NCBI RefSeq assembly: GCF_006345805.1 | Contig: NC_043000.1 | Coordinates: 140,554,001 to 140,618,000 of the forward strand | From: Octopus sinensis | Lineage: Eukaryota | Direction of reading: 5' to 3' | DNA length: 64,000 bases | Part shown: positions 1 to 13,887 of the stretch, one piece after another | Position numbering within the stretch: the first letter of the stretch is position 1 | How the letters are laid out: the number at the start of each line of letters is the position of its first letter | Made by a program: the position numbers and the translations under genes | Notes under the pieces: model-generated | Database searches by the model: none | What the model saw: the letters and a program-made list of their open reading frames with translations, nothing else | Told to the model about the DNA's origin: nothing

Positions 1-109
1 TTTCCATTTTTAATGCTTTTTTTTGCTATTTTTTTGGCTATAACTCTCTAAAAATGCATATATAGTTATTTCCCTTACAAACCCGAGCAACGCCAGGCGA
101 TACTGCTAG
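1..109 (+). mobile_element. 3' end of non-autonomous Helitron (same family as 37023-37427)
   Basis: Hairpin CCCGAGCAACGCCAGG followed by CGATACTG-CTAG|T; matches the 3' part of the complete copy at 37023. Confidence 0.85.
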
Positions 110-234
110 TATATATATAAAATCAAATATATTGATACTTACTGATCAAACAAATTTGTAGTGAGTATATAATAGTGTTGAGATCTAATATAGCTGAAAC
201 ATGTCCGTTGAATTTACCATTCTCATTAGTCATG

Positions 235-705
235 ACTATTGCCAGTGTCATGTAACTGGCACTCATGCGCCAGTTGAACGTAAAATCCACCCTTTGAATG
301 TTGGCCGATATGCTTTGCTTGAGAAGACCCATCAAGCCCAGTTAAACCGTAGTCATGGCTGATGTCAGTGTTGCATATTTGGCATCCATGCCAGTGACAT
401 ATAAAAGGCCCCTTTGAACTTTAAACCTCACGGATGCAGGGAAAAGTGACTCAGACCTTGGGCAATACACCATGCTTGTGAAGACCTGTTATGCCAGTTG
501 TAGCTGATGCTGGTTTTTTTGTAACTGGCAAACAAACAGCCCTCACTACACTCTTGGAGTGGTTGGTATCAGGAAGGGCATCTGGCTCTAGAAACCTTGC
601 CTAATCACCAAATTAGCTTGAAACCTGGTGCATCTCCTCAGCTTTCTAGCAAACCGTCCAACCAATTTCTGCATGGAAAACAGACATTAAATAATGATAA
701 TGATG
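235..705 (+). mobile_element. RTE-tail SINE-like repeat (family C), degenerate
   Basis: GGAGTGGTTGG..AGGAAGGGCATC core and ATGATAATGATG tail shared with copies at 2828, 12480, 17010. Confidence 0.7.
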
Positions 706-1332
706 GAATGACTTCAACTTTTCTTTAAGTCACTAAGGAATACTAATATGTTTATGGTCTCTTTTTTAAGCTAGGAGGAAACTTCCAATTCATAAAATTT
801 CTTACTTGCCCCATTCATTACAAAACTCACATGTGCTTTACAAACATTTTTCTATGCTAGCTTTGCATGGATTGTCATAGTCAAGCGTTTTCTCATTCAG
901 ACTTAATATTCTCTTGGATGGCTCATGCTTCACATTGCATTTTGTATGATTTGGACAGTTTGATTCCATTCCTTTTACCAGTTACTTACAGAGTGTACTG
1001 AAACGTATCATAGCAGCAGCATTAGAGTTGGTGTCATGTTCTCAGCAAACCTGAAGAGTCCTTTCTATGTTTCACAGTTACTGTTCATCCATCAACCACT
1101 TTCAGAATGCACTGCCACTTGCTATTATCGTGGGAACACTACCGGAAAGGTTGTCTTGTTTCTAAAGTGTTCTCTTCACTAGATTTCTCTGTATGTTTAT
1201 TCACTCAGCACCAAGGGATTGTCTCACAACTTAGTAAAAAGTGATGACAGGGGTAGAAAGGGAAAGAATGATAAATGATAGGCAATGGAGGAGAACAATG
1301 GGAGATAAAAAGAAGAGCAATGGTAGATAGAA

Positions 1333-1565
1333 AGGTGGTGAACTGGCAGAAACGTTAGCACACCGGGTGAAATGTTTAGTGGTATTTCGTCTCTCTTTAC
1401 GTTCTGAGTTCAAAATTCCGCCGAGGTCAACTTTGCCTTTCGTCCTTTTGGGGTCGATAAATTAAGTACCAGTTACGCACTGGAGTCGGTGTAATCGACT
1501 TAATCCCTTTGTCTGTCCTTGTTTGTCCCCTCTATGTTTAGCTCCTTGTGGGCAATAAAGAAATG
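1333..1565 (+). mobile_element. Meta-domain-like tRNA SINE (family B)
   Basis: Head GGTGAACTGGCAGAAACGTTAGC, B-box GAGTTCAAA, central CTTTGCCTTTCGTCCTTTTGGGGTCGATAAATTAAGTACCAG. Confidence 0.8.
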
Positions 1566-1779
1566 AAAAAAGAAGAGCAATAGGTAGAAGAGCAGGCAGA
1601 CAGACAGACAGAGTGATTGACAATTGTGTAATGATTGTTGGTAAGAAAATTCAATGGAAACTACATGAGTAACCTCATGGAGGAAAAGAGATTAAAAGGA
1701 AATGGAAGAGTAATAAGAGTAAGAGGTCGACAGATATTAACAATAGAAGGAGTTCCGTGTTTGTGTGGGGAGAGGGAGG

Positions 1780-2128
1780 GAAAGGGAGAGAGGGAAGAGG
1801 GGGAGAGGGGGAGACAGAGGGAGACAGAGCAATGAATAGTAATGAAGAAGGGTGATTGTGAAAGGATGGAAACTATAGATGTAAATAATGAGTGATATGG
1901 GAAAGTATAATGAGAGAGTAAGAGAGAGAGAGAGAGAGAGTAAGTGTGTGTGTGTGTGTGTGTGTGTGAGTTGGTGTGTGTATGTGAGAGAGAGAGGGAG
2001 GGAAAGAAAGAAAGATAGATAGATAGAAAGAAAGAAAGAAACAAGCAAACAAACAAAGAGCGATGGAAGTTAAAGGTTGTGAGAGATTGGAAACAATAGA
2101 TGTAAATAATGAGTGATATGGAAAGGAA

Positions 2129-2168
<40 letters not shown>

Positions 2169-2210
2169 TAGGGTGTGTATGCACGGGTGTATGTGTGTGT
2201 GTGTGTGATT
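1780..2210. repeat. (GA)n/(GT)n/(GAAA)n microsatellite block with a ~220-bp internal duplication
   Basis: AATAGATGTAAATAATGAGTGATATGG-type block near 1872 and again near 2094, each followed by (GA)n then (GT)n. Confidence 0.85.
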
Positions 2211-2827
2211 GTTAGCTATAAAAGAAAGGGTAGCGGTAGGGGAAAATAAATATGAACTGATCCAGTGCAAACCATCATTGGTGTGATGAAAGAGTGGTAG
2301 AATGATATCAAGAAGCAAGTTGATGGAAGAGGAGCGATAATTGAAAAAAGAAATGAAGAGAAAGGAGAGAATGGTATACAAAGACTTAATATGTAAATAA
2401 TGGTTAAGAGAGATCTATAAGTACACATTGTCCATCCCAATCTCGACCACCACAATTATTATTATTATTGCATTCATTTTTCCCATGCTTGTATGAAATG
2501 AGTGGCTCCTTTCCAGCACAGCAGTTTGCACCAAGTTGCAATCCTTTGTCATCTCTTTTGTTAATTTCAGCCTCTTGAGATCACTCATCCATTTATAATT
2601 TATTACAAACTATGCTATTGACTACTTTGAATTATTCCCTTTTGCTTAATTTTTGTTTATTCTTCTTCATATTACTTTCCACCAAAAATTATTCATAACC
2701 CCTTTCCTTCGTATAAAAGTGCTTCTTTTTAACTACAGGAGAGTTTGAGCTGTTTGGGTATTGCTAGCACAATCTGATAAGACCAAAATAATATCCATCA
2801 CTGTCACCAGCCCTACTAATAAAGATC

Positions 2828-3145
2828 AGATCATCATCATCATTTAGCATCCGTTTTCCATGCTAGCATGGGTTGGACGGTTCAACTGGGGTCTGTGAAG
2901 CTGGAAGGCTTCATCAGGCCCAGTCAGATCTGGCAGTGTTTCTACGGCTGGATGCCCTTCCTAACGCCAACCACTCCGTGAGTGTAGTGGGTGCTTTTTA
3001 TGTGCCACCCGCACAGGTGCCAGACAGAGCTGGCAAACGGCCATGAACGGATGGTGCTTTTAAGTGTCACCGGCACGGGGGCCAGGCCAGGCTGGCAACG
3101 GACACGAACGGATGGTGCTTTTACGTGTCACCGGCACGGGTATCT
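2828..3145 (-). mobile_element. RTE-tail SINE-like repeat (family C)
   Basis: (CAT)n tail, GGATGCCCTTCCTAACGCCAACC motif, internal ~55-60-bp tandem units TGCTTTT-A-GTGCCACCGGCACG. Confidence 0.8.
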
Positions 3146-3214
3146 GTATATGCAAGAAGAATTATTTTTTAATACTTTAATTATTAAAATTATCACTTTT
3201 TCTCCTTGCTAATT

Positions 3215-3975
3215 GCTAACAAATGCTACAACAAAATTTCAATTCTCCTCTCTGTGTTCCATAGGATTAAGTTCGATTTTTTTATCGTTTTTATGAGTGG
3301 AAATATTAAGTCTTTACATATCTGTGGCCAACTCCCAGTATCCCTTCCCTTTTTCATTTGTTTCATATATTTTATTTGAAGGCCTGGCCTTATGTCCTTT
3401 TCCCCCTTCTGGAAATATATTTTACCACACTTTTCCACTTTTGGGTATTCTCCCCTATTATATCCCTCGATTTTCTCCTTGAGTGCTGTGCTTATGACAC
3501 CGAGGACTTGATTGTGACACCATGCATATCTGTCTAGTGCTAGCCTGCAGTTTGACAGAACATGTCTCACCATCGCTTTCTCTCCACATTTACATTCATC
3601 AGTTGTTTGTATGTTCCACTGGACTAAATTTGCCAGTGAAGGTAGAAAGTCGAAGGCAGACTTGATCAGGAAGGATGTCTTTGCTTGTTCCCAAGCCCCA
3701 AATTCTTTCCATGTGATTCTGCAACTGACTACATATTCCTCCTATCTCAGGCACTGTCCCTGTTGACAACATTGCACTTCACCTTTCTTCTTTCTCCTTT
3801 CTCACTTCACATACCACTGCCTCCTTCATCATTTTTACACTGCTCATGCAAAATGGCTTGAAATTGTGCAACCCTAGACTGGCTCTTGCTTCTTGCATCA
3901 CTCTGACTATATCAGCCTGCCTTAGATTTCCAATTGCCCTGTTTACTGCGTCTTCCACTTTCCATTTCATCCCTG
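3215..3975 (-). mobile_element. Decayed Hero-like (RLE-type) non-LTR retrotransposon, C-terminal region
   Basis: Peptides KWKVEDAVNRAIGNLRQADIVRVMQEARASLGL and HVLSNCRLALDRYAWCHNQVL (zinc-knuckle/RHNQVL-type motif); frameshifts and stops. Confidence 0.75.
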
Positions 3976-4067
3976 TTTATAACTTTAGAGGGTTTTCTTG
4001 GATGTTCTGATCTTTCGAATACCTTAGCATCATTACTGTCCTTGCCTTTCTTCCTTTATATTCTTCA

Positions 4068-4453
4068 GCGCAGGAGTGGCTGTGTGGTAAGTATCTTGTT
4101 TACCAACCACATGGTTCCAGGTTCAGTCTCACTGCGTGGCACCTTGGGCAAGTGTCTTCTACTATAGCCTCGGGCCGACCAAAGCCTTGTGAGTGGATTT
4201 GGTAGACGGAAACTGAAAGAAGCCCATCGTATATATGTATATATGTATATATGCATGTGTGTGTTTGTGTGTCTGTGTTTGTCCCCCTAGCATTTGCTTG
4301 ACAACCGATGCTGGTGTGTTTATGTCCCCGTTGCTTCGCGGTTCGGCAAAAGAGACCGATAGAATAAGTACTGGGCTTACAAAAGAATAAGTCCCGGGGT
4401 CGAGTTGCTCGATTAAAGGCGGTGCTCCAGCATGGCTGCAGTCAAATGACTGA
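4068..4453 (+). mobile_element. CORE-like tRNA SINE (family A), copy in duplication unit 1
   Basis: A-box-like TGGCTGTGTGG, B-box-like GGTTCAGTC, CCTTGGGCAAG core, central (TA)n(TG)n, AAATGACTGA tail. Confidence 0.85.
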
Positions 4454-4882
4454 CTGATTGATGTAATCGGTAGTTGCAGCACAGGTTTTCCATATAATGC
4501 AGTTGTATTCAGTGGTTTTGGAAGTATACTTCGTAATATGTAACCTTTAAATGATTTGATTGTAGTAATGCATTGTTTGATTTGATATTTTGGAAAAATG
4601 TAGTGATATATTTTGAAATAATTTGATTGCGATAATCTATTTATGAATCTGTGTTATTATATTTTGAAATGGTTCACTTGTAATAATCTACTTTGGAATT
4701 AATTAACTGTATTATTAAAGGCGTTTTACATTTTCTTCTTTATATCATTGCTTTTCTGTGTGTGTGTGTATTTGTGCATGTGTGTACAGATAGATATACG
4801 GTTTCCAAATATGGCTTCTGTGGCTACAGTCTCATTGTGTAGGGCAGCATGGGCATGTGTTTTCCAGCAATACACCAACTCC

Positions 4883-4939
<57 letters not shown>

Positions 4940-5158
4940 AAATACAAACATCATATATCCAAACATACATGTGTAAGATTAATTATTGAATTGACCAAAG
5001 CATTGTGAGCATATAAAAACTTACTGTGTGCACATCAATGGTTTTCATATGTTACTGATGCACTTCTCTGCTTGGCAGCATCATACTTCTGGATAAGAAA
5101 CTTTGTCAAGACAATTACCACAGTTTTGTAGCATTACATATATATATATATTAATTAT

Positions 5159-5190
<32 letters not shown>

Positions 5191-5664
5191 TATATTAATC
5201 ATTTTTATGTTTTGGTCTATGTTTTTCACTGTTTGATTTGCCTAATAGTGGTTTTATCTCTAATTATATATATATATATATATACAGAATTGTGTGTGTG
5301 TGTGTGTGTGTATATTTGTTTGTATGTGTGTGATTATACATCAGCAGAACTAGAGTTTGCATGTGACCAAACATCAATAACTTGCATCTTTGTTACGCAT
5401 CTTGTTCTTCCACATTTCCAGCATAATTCTAAAAACAAAACTTAAAATCTTGTTTTGTGAGCTTATGTTAAGATTTGCTCTTTAATTAATGGATTGCCTT
5501 TTTAATTATTTAAATTTGCAACAGACATATTCCCGCTGTCTTTTACTTTGCTTTCTTCCTTTTTAAACTTCCTGACAGTTGTTTGACATCTATTTTGACA
5601 CCTTCACATTTACTCAGTAACTTATCTGTTATAACATCATATAGCTTCTTCTTTATATTCTTCA

Positions 5665-6050
5665 GCGCAGGAGTGGCTGTGTGGTAAGTATCTTGTTTAC
5701 CAACCACATGGTTCCAGGTTCAGTCTCACTGCGTGGCACCTTGGGCAAGTGTCTTCTACTATAGCCTCGGGCCGACCAAAGCCTTGTGAGTGGATTTGGT
5801 AGACGGAAACTGAAAGAAGCCCATCGTATATATGTATATATGTATATATGCGTGTGTGTGTTTGTGTGTCTGTGTTTGTCCCCCTAGCATTTGCTTGACA
5901 ACCGATGCTGGTGTGTTTATGTCCCCGTTGCTTCGCGGTTCGGCAAAAGAGACCGATAGAATAAGTACTGGGCTTACAAAAGAATAAGTCCCGGGGTCGA
6001 GTTGCTCGATTAAAGGCGGTGCTCCAGCATGGCTGCAGTCAAATGACTGA
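5665..6050 (+). mobile_element. Family A SINE, copy in duplication unit 2
   Basis: Shares the private variants of the 4068 copy. Confidence 0.85.
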
Positions 6051-6480
6051 CTGATTGATGTAATCGGTAGTTGCAGCACAGGTTTTCCATATAATGCAGT
6101 TGTATTCAGTGGTTTTGGAAGTATACTTCGTAATATGTAACCTTTAAATGATTTGATTGTAGTAATGCATTGTTTGATTTGATATTTTGGAAAAATGTAG
6201 TGATATATTTTGAAATAATTTGATTGCGATAATCTATTTATGAATCTGTGTTATTATATTTTGAAATGGTTCACTTGTAATAATCTACTTTGGAATTAAT
6301 TAACTGTATTATTAAAGGCGTTTTACATTTTCTTCTTTATATCATTGCTTTTCTGTGTGTGTGTGTATTTGTGCATGTGTGTACAGATAGATATACGGTT
6401 TCCAAATATGGCTTCTGTGGCTACAGTCTCATTGTGTAGGGCAGCATGGGCATGTGTTTTCCAGCAATACACCAACTCCT

Positions 6481-6524
<44 letters not shown>

Positions 6525-7859
6525 ATGTAAATACAAACATCATATATCCAAACATACATGTGTAAGATTAATTATTGAATTGACCAAAGCATTGTGAGCA
6601 TATAAAAACTTACTGTGTGCACATCAATGGTTTTCATATGTTACTGATGCACTTCTCTGCTTGGCAGCATCATACTTCTGGATAAGAAACTTTGTCAAGA
6701 CAATTACCACAGTTTTGTAGCATTACATATATATATATATATTAATTATTATATATTATAATATATATATTATATATATTATATTAATCATTTTTATGTT
6801 TTGGTCTATGTTTTTCACTGTTTGATTTGCCTAATAGTGGTTTTATCTCTAATTATATATATATATATATATACAGAATTGTGTGTGTGTGTGTGTATAT
6901 TTGTTTGTATGTGTGTGATTATACATCAGCAGAACTAGAGTTTGCATGTGACCAAACATCAATAACTTGCATCTTTGTTACGCATCTTGTTCTTCCACAT
7001 TTCCAGCATAATTCTAAAAACAAAACTTAAAATCTTGTTTTGTGAGCTTATGTTAAGATTTGCTCTTTAATTAATGGATTGCCTTTTTAATTATTTAAAT
7101 TTGCAACAGACATATTCCCGCTGTCTTTTACTTTGCTTTCTTCCTTTTTAAACTTCCTGACAGTTGTTTGACATCTATTTTGACACCTTCACATTTACTC
7201 AGTAACTTATCTGTTATAACATCATATAGCTTCTTCTTTATATTCACTGTTTGTAAATAGTGAAATGCTTAACAAAATTAAGTCAAACATTACTAGAACT
7301 ATACTTTTCTGTTTTCTCACTTCTGTGGGGTGATATGGTGAAATGGTGGTAGGCATATTCTTTAAATTTAATTTTTTATTTTCTGTTTTTGAAATTGAAT
7401 ATTTTTATTACAGAATGATTAAATGACTAAGTTCTGAAAAGCAATTCAATAATTAATCTTACATATGTATATTTGTATATACGATGTTTGTATTTACATA
7501 CACATATGGACACATACGTATGGGAGTTGGTGTGTTGCAGTGGGGCTGTGTGTATATATGCTTTGCTTTACTCAATATAAAAAAAAAAAGTGCATCAGTA
7601 TTGTTCATTGAAGTGAGTATAGCATTTGCTAATTGAGGTGCTCTGTTAATGTGATGGATATTTCCACATATTTGAGATTTGATGTGTGTCAATAATTTAA
7701 TCAATTCTTTGCATGATTTCACCCCCAATTTACAAATTAGAAAATTTCTTCAAAATTCTTACAAAGATGACATCTCATATATTGGAAGCAGAATAATATC
7801 TTAAATATTACAGAAACACTGAGAAGTTTTATAAGTGTATGTGTGTGCATGTGCAAACA

Positions 7860-8098
7860 TACACAAGCATTATATATACATATATATATATAAAATATAT
7901 ATATATATATAAATATATATATCTATATATATATATATATATATAATAAATATATATACATATATATATATATATAATATATATACATATATATACACAT
8001 ATATATATACATATATATACACATATATATATACATACACATATATACACATATATATACACATATATATATATATGTATATATATAAATATATATAC

Positions 8099-8131
<33 letters not shown>

Positions 8132-8195
8132 TAGGTAGATAGAGAGAGAGAGAGGTAGATAGAGAGAGGAGGGAGAGAGAGAGGAAGAAGGAAAG
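7860..8195. repeat. Compound (TA)n/(TACA)n/(GA)n microsatellite
   Basis: Direct inspection. Confidence 0.95.
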
Positions 8196-9801
8196 AGAGA
8201 TGTATGGATATATGATATTGAATGTCATAGTGAAATTCTGTATAAAGAGCTTGATAATAATTATCATTATTTTGAAAACATTGATAAGAACAAGTTGCTA
8301 TGATATATCAATAGCTTAGTTATAAGTAGCTGACAGAAATTCCACAATATAATCACTGTTAACACACATACATACATGCTTACCACACATATATACACGT
8401 CTTAAGGTTCACACTTTTAATTTTTCTTAATATTTTAATTCCAGTAATATTATTGTCTGAAGAATATAAAAAAAAAAAATTTTTTAAATCAAAATTCTCC
8501 ATTTTGTTTCTCGCTGTTCCGACTAGTATTGCTCCTACTGACTATTAACAACAACTCTTATTTGGTTAACCCTAAATTACCCTATCCCAGTTCTTAGTGG
8601 CAGCAATTAAGCCTGCTTGCTTCATAGATTCTGACCTCTTGTTGACAGAAAACTTCACACTAAAACACATACGTTGAAAAATCAACAAAACAAATTCTCC
8701 GGCAATAAATGAACATTTGGGAGACATTTTAATTTTTTTGTCTTGTTTTCGATTTGTTTTCTTTCATTTTCTTCCCTTTTCCAATCTTGTTTATTTATTA
8801 TGTGTATGATGCTCCTTAAAAAAAAATCAGAATTTTTTTTTTTTTTTTTTCATTTCAATGAACCAAAACATAATCTAACAAAACTCAAACATAGTGACGG
8901 ATGGAAAGTTACCATTTATAAATAGTCACAAAGAAACATTTGCTAATTGCCATCTGAAATTCTATACACATTCAGCAAGAAATTAGATTTATCAGTTAGG
9001 GAATGGCAAATGATATTTATTCATTGATTTTGTGAGAATTTTTCACTTGAATAAGAAATTTCAAAAGCAGTTATAATTGTCAGTATGGCCATTACTCCGA
9101 GTTATGGCATAGAATGGGACTATTTCGAAATACTGATTCCTATTTTGTTTCAGAGAGGTACTGTTTTTCTTTGATTGTTAGAAAAGGATGAATCTCTGAA
9201 AGATATCGGGATAGAGGCTTCACTATTGTGTGTGATTATTTGTGCATAAAATTGGATGGGCACAAAGAAGATATATGCTTCTTTTGAGGGAATTTTGAAC
9301 TTGGTTGCTGAATTGATATTCATAGATGCATTTTATTTTGACTGGTCAATCCTAAAGTGATAATGAAACAAGAAATGTGCAATAAACTTTGGTATTTCTC
9401 AAAGGAATTCAGTGGAAAGTCAATCTGTACCCATCACTGACTATATTCCAGTCTTCTAAAAGCCGTCCAAAATATTAGAGATGTTTCTTTTGAAAGCATT
9501 CTACAAATGGTATAAATAACTAATTGAAACAAACTACACTGAAAAGAAGGATGGGAGAAAAGCAATTTGGGGAAAATTTATTATTATTATTATTATTTTT
9601 ATTTTGCATCATTATAATTTTAGTTGTTACTGTTGTTCATTGAAAATATTGAAGAAAAACAAATAAAAAATAGATTTTCTCTTCAGCCTTGCCTAGAATA
9701 TAAAGCATGATTCATTGAGAACATACACTGCATCACCATAGATACTTAGATAAATGAATGTAAATCACACTGAAATATTAAGAGGCAAATATTGACAAAT
9801 G

Positions 9802-9859
<58 letters not shown>

Positions 9860-10747
9860 TTTACACATATGTAACCACATAGATTTATATATGGTCTATA
9901 CACACATGCAAACACAGACATTATCTATTACATATGCACAAAGTCATACATTATAAATCCAAATACTTAGATATATTAAATGCACCAATAGAGAATATAT
10001 TATTCATTACCCATAAATACCAATCTCTTTTTTTCCCATATTTAGGTATGGACACTGTGTGTGTATATAAACTTTCTGAATATATTTATTTAGCGTATAT
10101 GTATACTATTTTATACATAGAATTGGATGAGTACAAATTTCGAATTCTTTCCAAAAGCAAAATATGAGAAATATTTCACATTTCAAGAAGTGTATATGCT
10201 TACATGCACACAACACATGTCTGTGATGTAATTCAGGTTTGAAAATAACCATGGCAGAGCTTTTAAAATACTTTTGCATTTTTTTTTTTCAATTTTTGAA
10301 TATCTATTTGTATAGATATCAATGTGCTCACTTATCTTCCATATGCAAAATCTGACAGTATTTCACATTTCAAATGGATGTTTCTGATATAATTTTAATT
10401 AAAACCTAATTATGGTAGAGTTTTTAGAAAGTTTATCCAATTTCCATCAGAATAATTCACAAGTACAGCAAAATATTACACTTACCAATTTCCATAATGT
10501 GAACTTTCATAACAGTTATAGATGAATAAATTAAATGGTAAAAATGTGCTGCTCTACTAACAAGGGTTAAGAATTAAGATCATATCTATATATTCAGTAC
10601 TCACAAATATTCTATGAGTATTGTGACAGAATAGGTAAACAACTCTAGTAAACTCTGTGGCACATTTGAAAATAAGCTTTTTGAAATCGATGTTCTCTTC
10701 CTGCAATCCTTCACAAAAGTTGTTATCAATATTATTGAGTGTTTTAA

Positions 10748-10940
10748 CCCTTTTGTTACTGTATTTATTTTGAGATGCTCTCTGTTTCTTTCAATTACTT
10801 TAAATATAACAAAGAATTTAGTAAAATAACCTGGTTATCACTAAGCTAGTGTTAGGAACATAAATTGTGACTAAGGTTTGGTGAAAGATTTTAATTCAAA
10901 ACTTATGGAAACAAAACATTTGTACTATAGAGCCAGAGGC
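10748..10940. mobile_element. piggyBac-like MITE, truncated
   Basis: TTAA|CCCTTTTGTTACT start; body matches 15018 (inverted) and 28579. Confidence 0.7.
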
Positions 10941-11218
10941 TCTATTTTCTCCGATTTTCTCCGACTTCTATTTTCTCCGATTAAGCACCATAATGATAAT
11001 CAAACACTTTATGTACTCCTACATCTCCTATCAGTTGTTAGAAGTCTAAGACTAACTACTTACAGCATCCATCTACAGATGTGCAAGGAAAGCCGAGAGT
11101 AAGAAATATAATATAGGAAGAAAAAAATAATGTGACATATCAAACTGTAATATTTAAATTTTTACATACTTCTGAGTAGCACTTCTTTATTTGTATATAT
11201 TTCACCATTACTTTATTA

Positions 11219-11445
11219 AGTGGAGGCACATGGCTTAGTGGTTAGGGTGTTGAACTCATGATCATAAGGTTCAGGTGATGCGTTGTGCTCGTGAGCAAAA
11301 CACTTCATTTCACGTTGCTCCAGTCCACTCAGCTGGCAAAAATGGGTAATTCTGTGACGGACCAGCGTCCTGTCCAGGTGGGGAAATTCTACGCCACTGA
11401 AACCGGGAAACCAGCGCTTATGAGCCTGGCATGGCTCAAGAAAGA
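11219..11445 (+). mobile_element. tRNA SINE with V-domain-like 3' part
   Basis: Head GTGGAGGCACATGGCTTAGTGGTTAG; GACGGACCAGCGTCCTGTCCAGGTGGGG shared with 19804. Confidence 0.7.
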
Positions 11446-12016
11446 ACATTACTTTACTTTATTAAAAAAAACAAAGAATGGAATGAATGTCACCACTACC
11501 ATGTCCTCATTCTTGTAGTCAGTCGAGTAAGTTAATCATTGATGGATAATATGAAAATATCCAAGAAGGAAAAAAAGTCAGGCAGAAAATGTGACATTTG
11601 ATGTTTGACATTTATCACACTTGTGAGATAAATTGATCATAATAAACAGTGAACAATAAAATTATGCTTAAAACTCTGTGATGAAAACAAAGATATAATC
11701 AGATCTTTAGGGAAATGCTTTGACTTAAATTGCTACTGTTTTCTTCTGTACTGGATTCTTATTTGTGTTGTTTTCTTCTTTTAAGTGTGTAAACTGTAAA
11801 CAAAAAGCAAACATTATAGCTTTAATGGTTCTATTGGAGACATCAAGTGAGATTAGTATGATATTATTATGAGTTGGCACAAGAAACAGCAGAGTTTGAA
11901 TAGTATATTTCTAATGGTGTGAGTGTTTGTAAATTGAAACAATAATGTTTAGATGAAGGAAAGATATGATTTTGAAACTCAAATGGTGGTGGGTGGTATT
12001 GAATAAATAATTTTAG

Positions 12017-12115
12017 GAAATGAATAACCAATATAATCATAGCTTTATAAAGCAGAGTATGAGCAGACTGACAGGGAACAAGAAATTTAGACTGTTTCCA
12101 GTTTGCAACACCCAG
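12017..12115 (+). CDS. Candidate internal exon of an unidentified gene (EMNNQYNHSFIKQSMSRLTGNKKFRLFPVCNTQ)
   Basis: TTTTAG acceptor, CAG|GTAAAT donor, 99 nt, only phase 0 open; no recognisable homology. Confidence 0.25.
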
Positions 12116-12479
12116 GTAAATAAGATACATGTGAGTCAAGTATTTGTGTATTTGAGTCAATTTCACTCTTCCTCCTTTTCTTACCTTATACTAGAATCTT
12201 TTGATCATTGCTAGGTAATTGTCTTTTAGCTGAGAATGCCAGCTGGTCATAACACAACTAAAAGAAAATGATTCAACTAGATGTGAGCAGCCTCTTCTCA
12301 TAAAGAAACCAACTAGCTTTCTGTGGAAACCATCCAAAGAAATCAAAGAAAAATCTTTGCAGCCCAAAAGCACTCATGGCAGACAGGAACAGACTCAAAT
12401 GCAAGGAAGATTAAAAGCTGTGGACTTGTAATTCCTTTACAAAATATTTTTCAATAAATCAAATATTCTACCAGCATTC

Positions 12480-12765
12480 GAGCGAGGTCATTGCCAGTGC
12501 TGCTGGACTGGCTCCTATGCAGGTGGCACATAAAAAGCACTATTTGTGCGTCACCGTTGCCAGTACCGCCTGACTGGCCCTCGTGCTGGTGGCATGTAAA
12601 AGCACCCATTACACTCTTGGAGTGGTTGGCATTAGGAAGGGCATCCAGCTGTAGAATCTCTGCCAGATCAAACTGGAGTCTGGTGCAGCCATCTGGTTTG
12701 CCAGAGCTCAGTCAAATTATCCAACCCATGCTAGCATGGAAAGTGGACGTTAAACAATGATAATG
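12480..12765 (+). mobile_element. RTE-tail SINE-like repeat (family C)
   Basis: GTGGCACATAAAAAGCAC units, GAAGGGCATCCAGCTGTAG, CAATGATAATG tail. Confidence 0.8.
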
Positions 12766-13159
12766 AATATGTTCAGTTAAAAAGTATTTTCTTTTACAAT
12801 GACTAAATACAATGGAAGAAGATAATGCACTTACTCACAAGAAACAACACATCAATGCAGATTCCATAACAGTTATATTTTCCTATTTAATAGCAAATAT
12901 CTTTAAAGATGTAGTATACTGCATGAATGCATTGATTACAGACAACTGAGATGCTAAATTTTGAATGAGTAGGACCAGAAGCACCTGTGTTATCAGCACA
13001 TCTCTTTTTTCGGGAAAAAAACACAATTTTATTCTCCAAATGAACTGCTGTTTGAAGGACTATAATATTGATAATTTCACTTCAAGTGGTCAGTCATTAA
13101 AACAGTACCTCAACATATTAACAGTTAAAGGATTCCCTGAATACCTATGAATTATATTA

Positions 13160-13390
13160 TTTCTTTATTGCCCACAAGGGGCTAAACATAGAGGGGACAA
13201 ACAACGACAGATAAAGGGATTAATCGATTACATAGACCCCAGTGCATAACTGGTACTTAATTTATCGACCCTGAAAAGATGAAAGGCAAAGTCAGCCTCG
13301 GCAGAATTTGAACTCAGAAGGTAACGGCAGACAAAATACCGCTAAGCATTTCGCCCGACGTGCTAATGTTTCTGCCAGCTCGCCGCCTTT
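13160..13390 (-). mobile_element. Family B SINE
   Basis: Reverse complement of 1333-1565. Confidence 0.8.
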
Positions 13391-13620
13391 TACCTAAGAA
13401 TTATATGATAATTAAACAGCCATTCAAATAATTAAATTCAAGATTAGAATTGCTTTCTTCATGCCCATATCAAAAGAAATTACCTCTTGAAAATATTTAC
13501 ACTACCAACTGGATAACACAACACCTTGTTATTATCGCCTGCCATTTTGTTTCATATATTTTTATGATGCATGCATCTACTGTACAAGCTGTTGCATGTC
13601 ATTTTAGTTTGCATACTCTT

Positions 13621-13842
13621 TACTCTCTTTTACTTGTTTCAGTCATTTGACTACGGCCATACTGGAGCACCACCTTTAGTCGAGCAAATCGACCCCAGGA
13701 CTTATTCTTTGTAAGCCTAATACTTATCCTATCGGTCTCTTTTGCTGAACCGCTAAGTTAAGGGGGTGTGAACACGCCAGCATCGGTTGTCAAGTGATGT
13801 TGTGGGGACAAACATAGACACACAAACACATATTTATACATA

Positions 13843-13887
<45 letters not shown>

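Larger units (their letters stand above)
4064..7245. repeat. Tandem duplication, two near-identical units (4064-5660, 5661-7245)
   Basis: Identical 106-aa ORFs offset by 1597 bp; CTTTATATTC at 4054-4063, 5651-5660 and 7236-7245 marks the junctions; differences mainly in microsatellite length. Confidence 0.95.

Noticed and set aside
1661-2381. ORFs of 100-130 aa rich in S/L/H/T
   Set aside because: Translations of (GA)n/(GT)n microsatellites
4162-6079. Two identical 106-aa ORFs suggesting a gene pair
   Set aside because: Antisense read-through of a SINE inside the tandem duplication
7829-8267. Y/I-rich ORFs
   Set aside because: (TA)n translations
8940-9545. Exon-like, less repetitive stretch
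   Set aside because: The frames I translated on both strands closed within about 60 codons, and no protein family was recognised
10605-10700. 96-nt minus-strand exon with a GTGAGT donor
   Set aside because: Weak acceptor, two frames open, no consistent neighbouring exons, no recognisable protein
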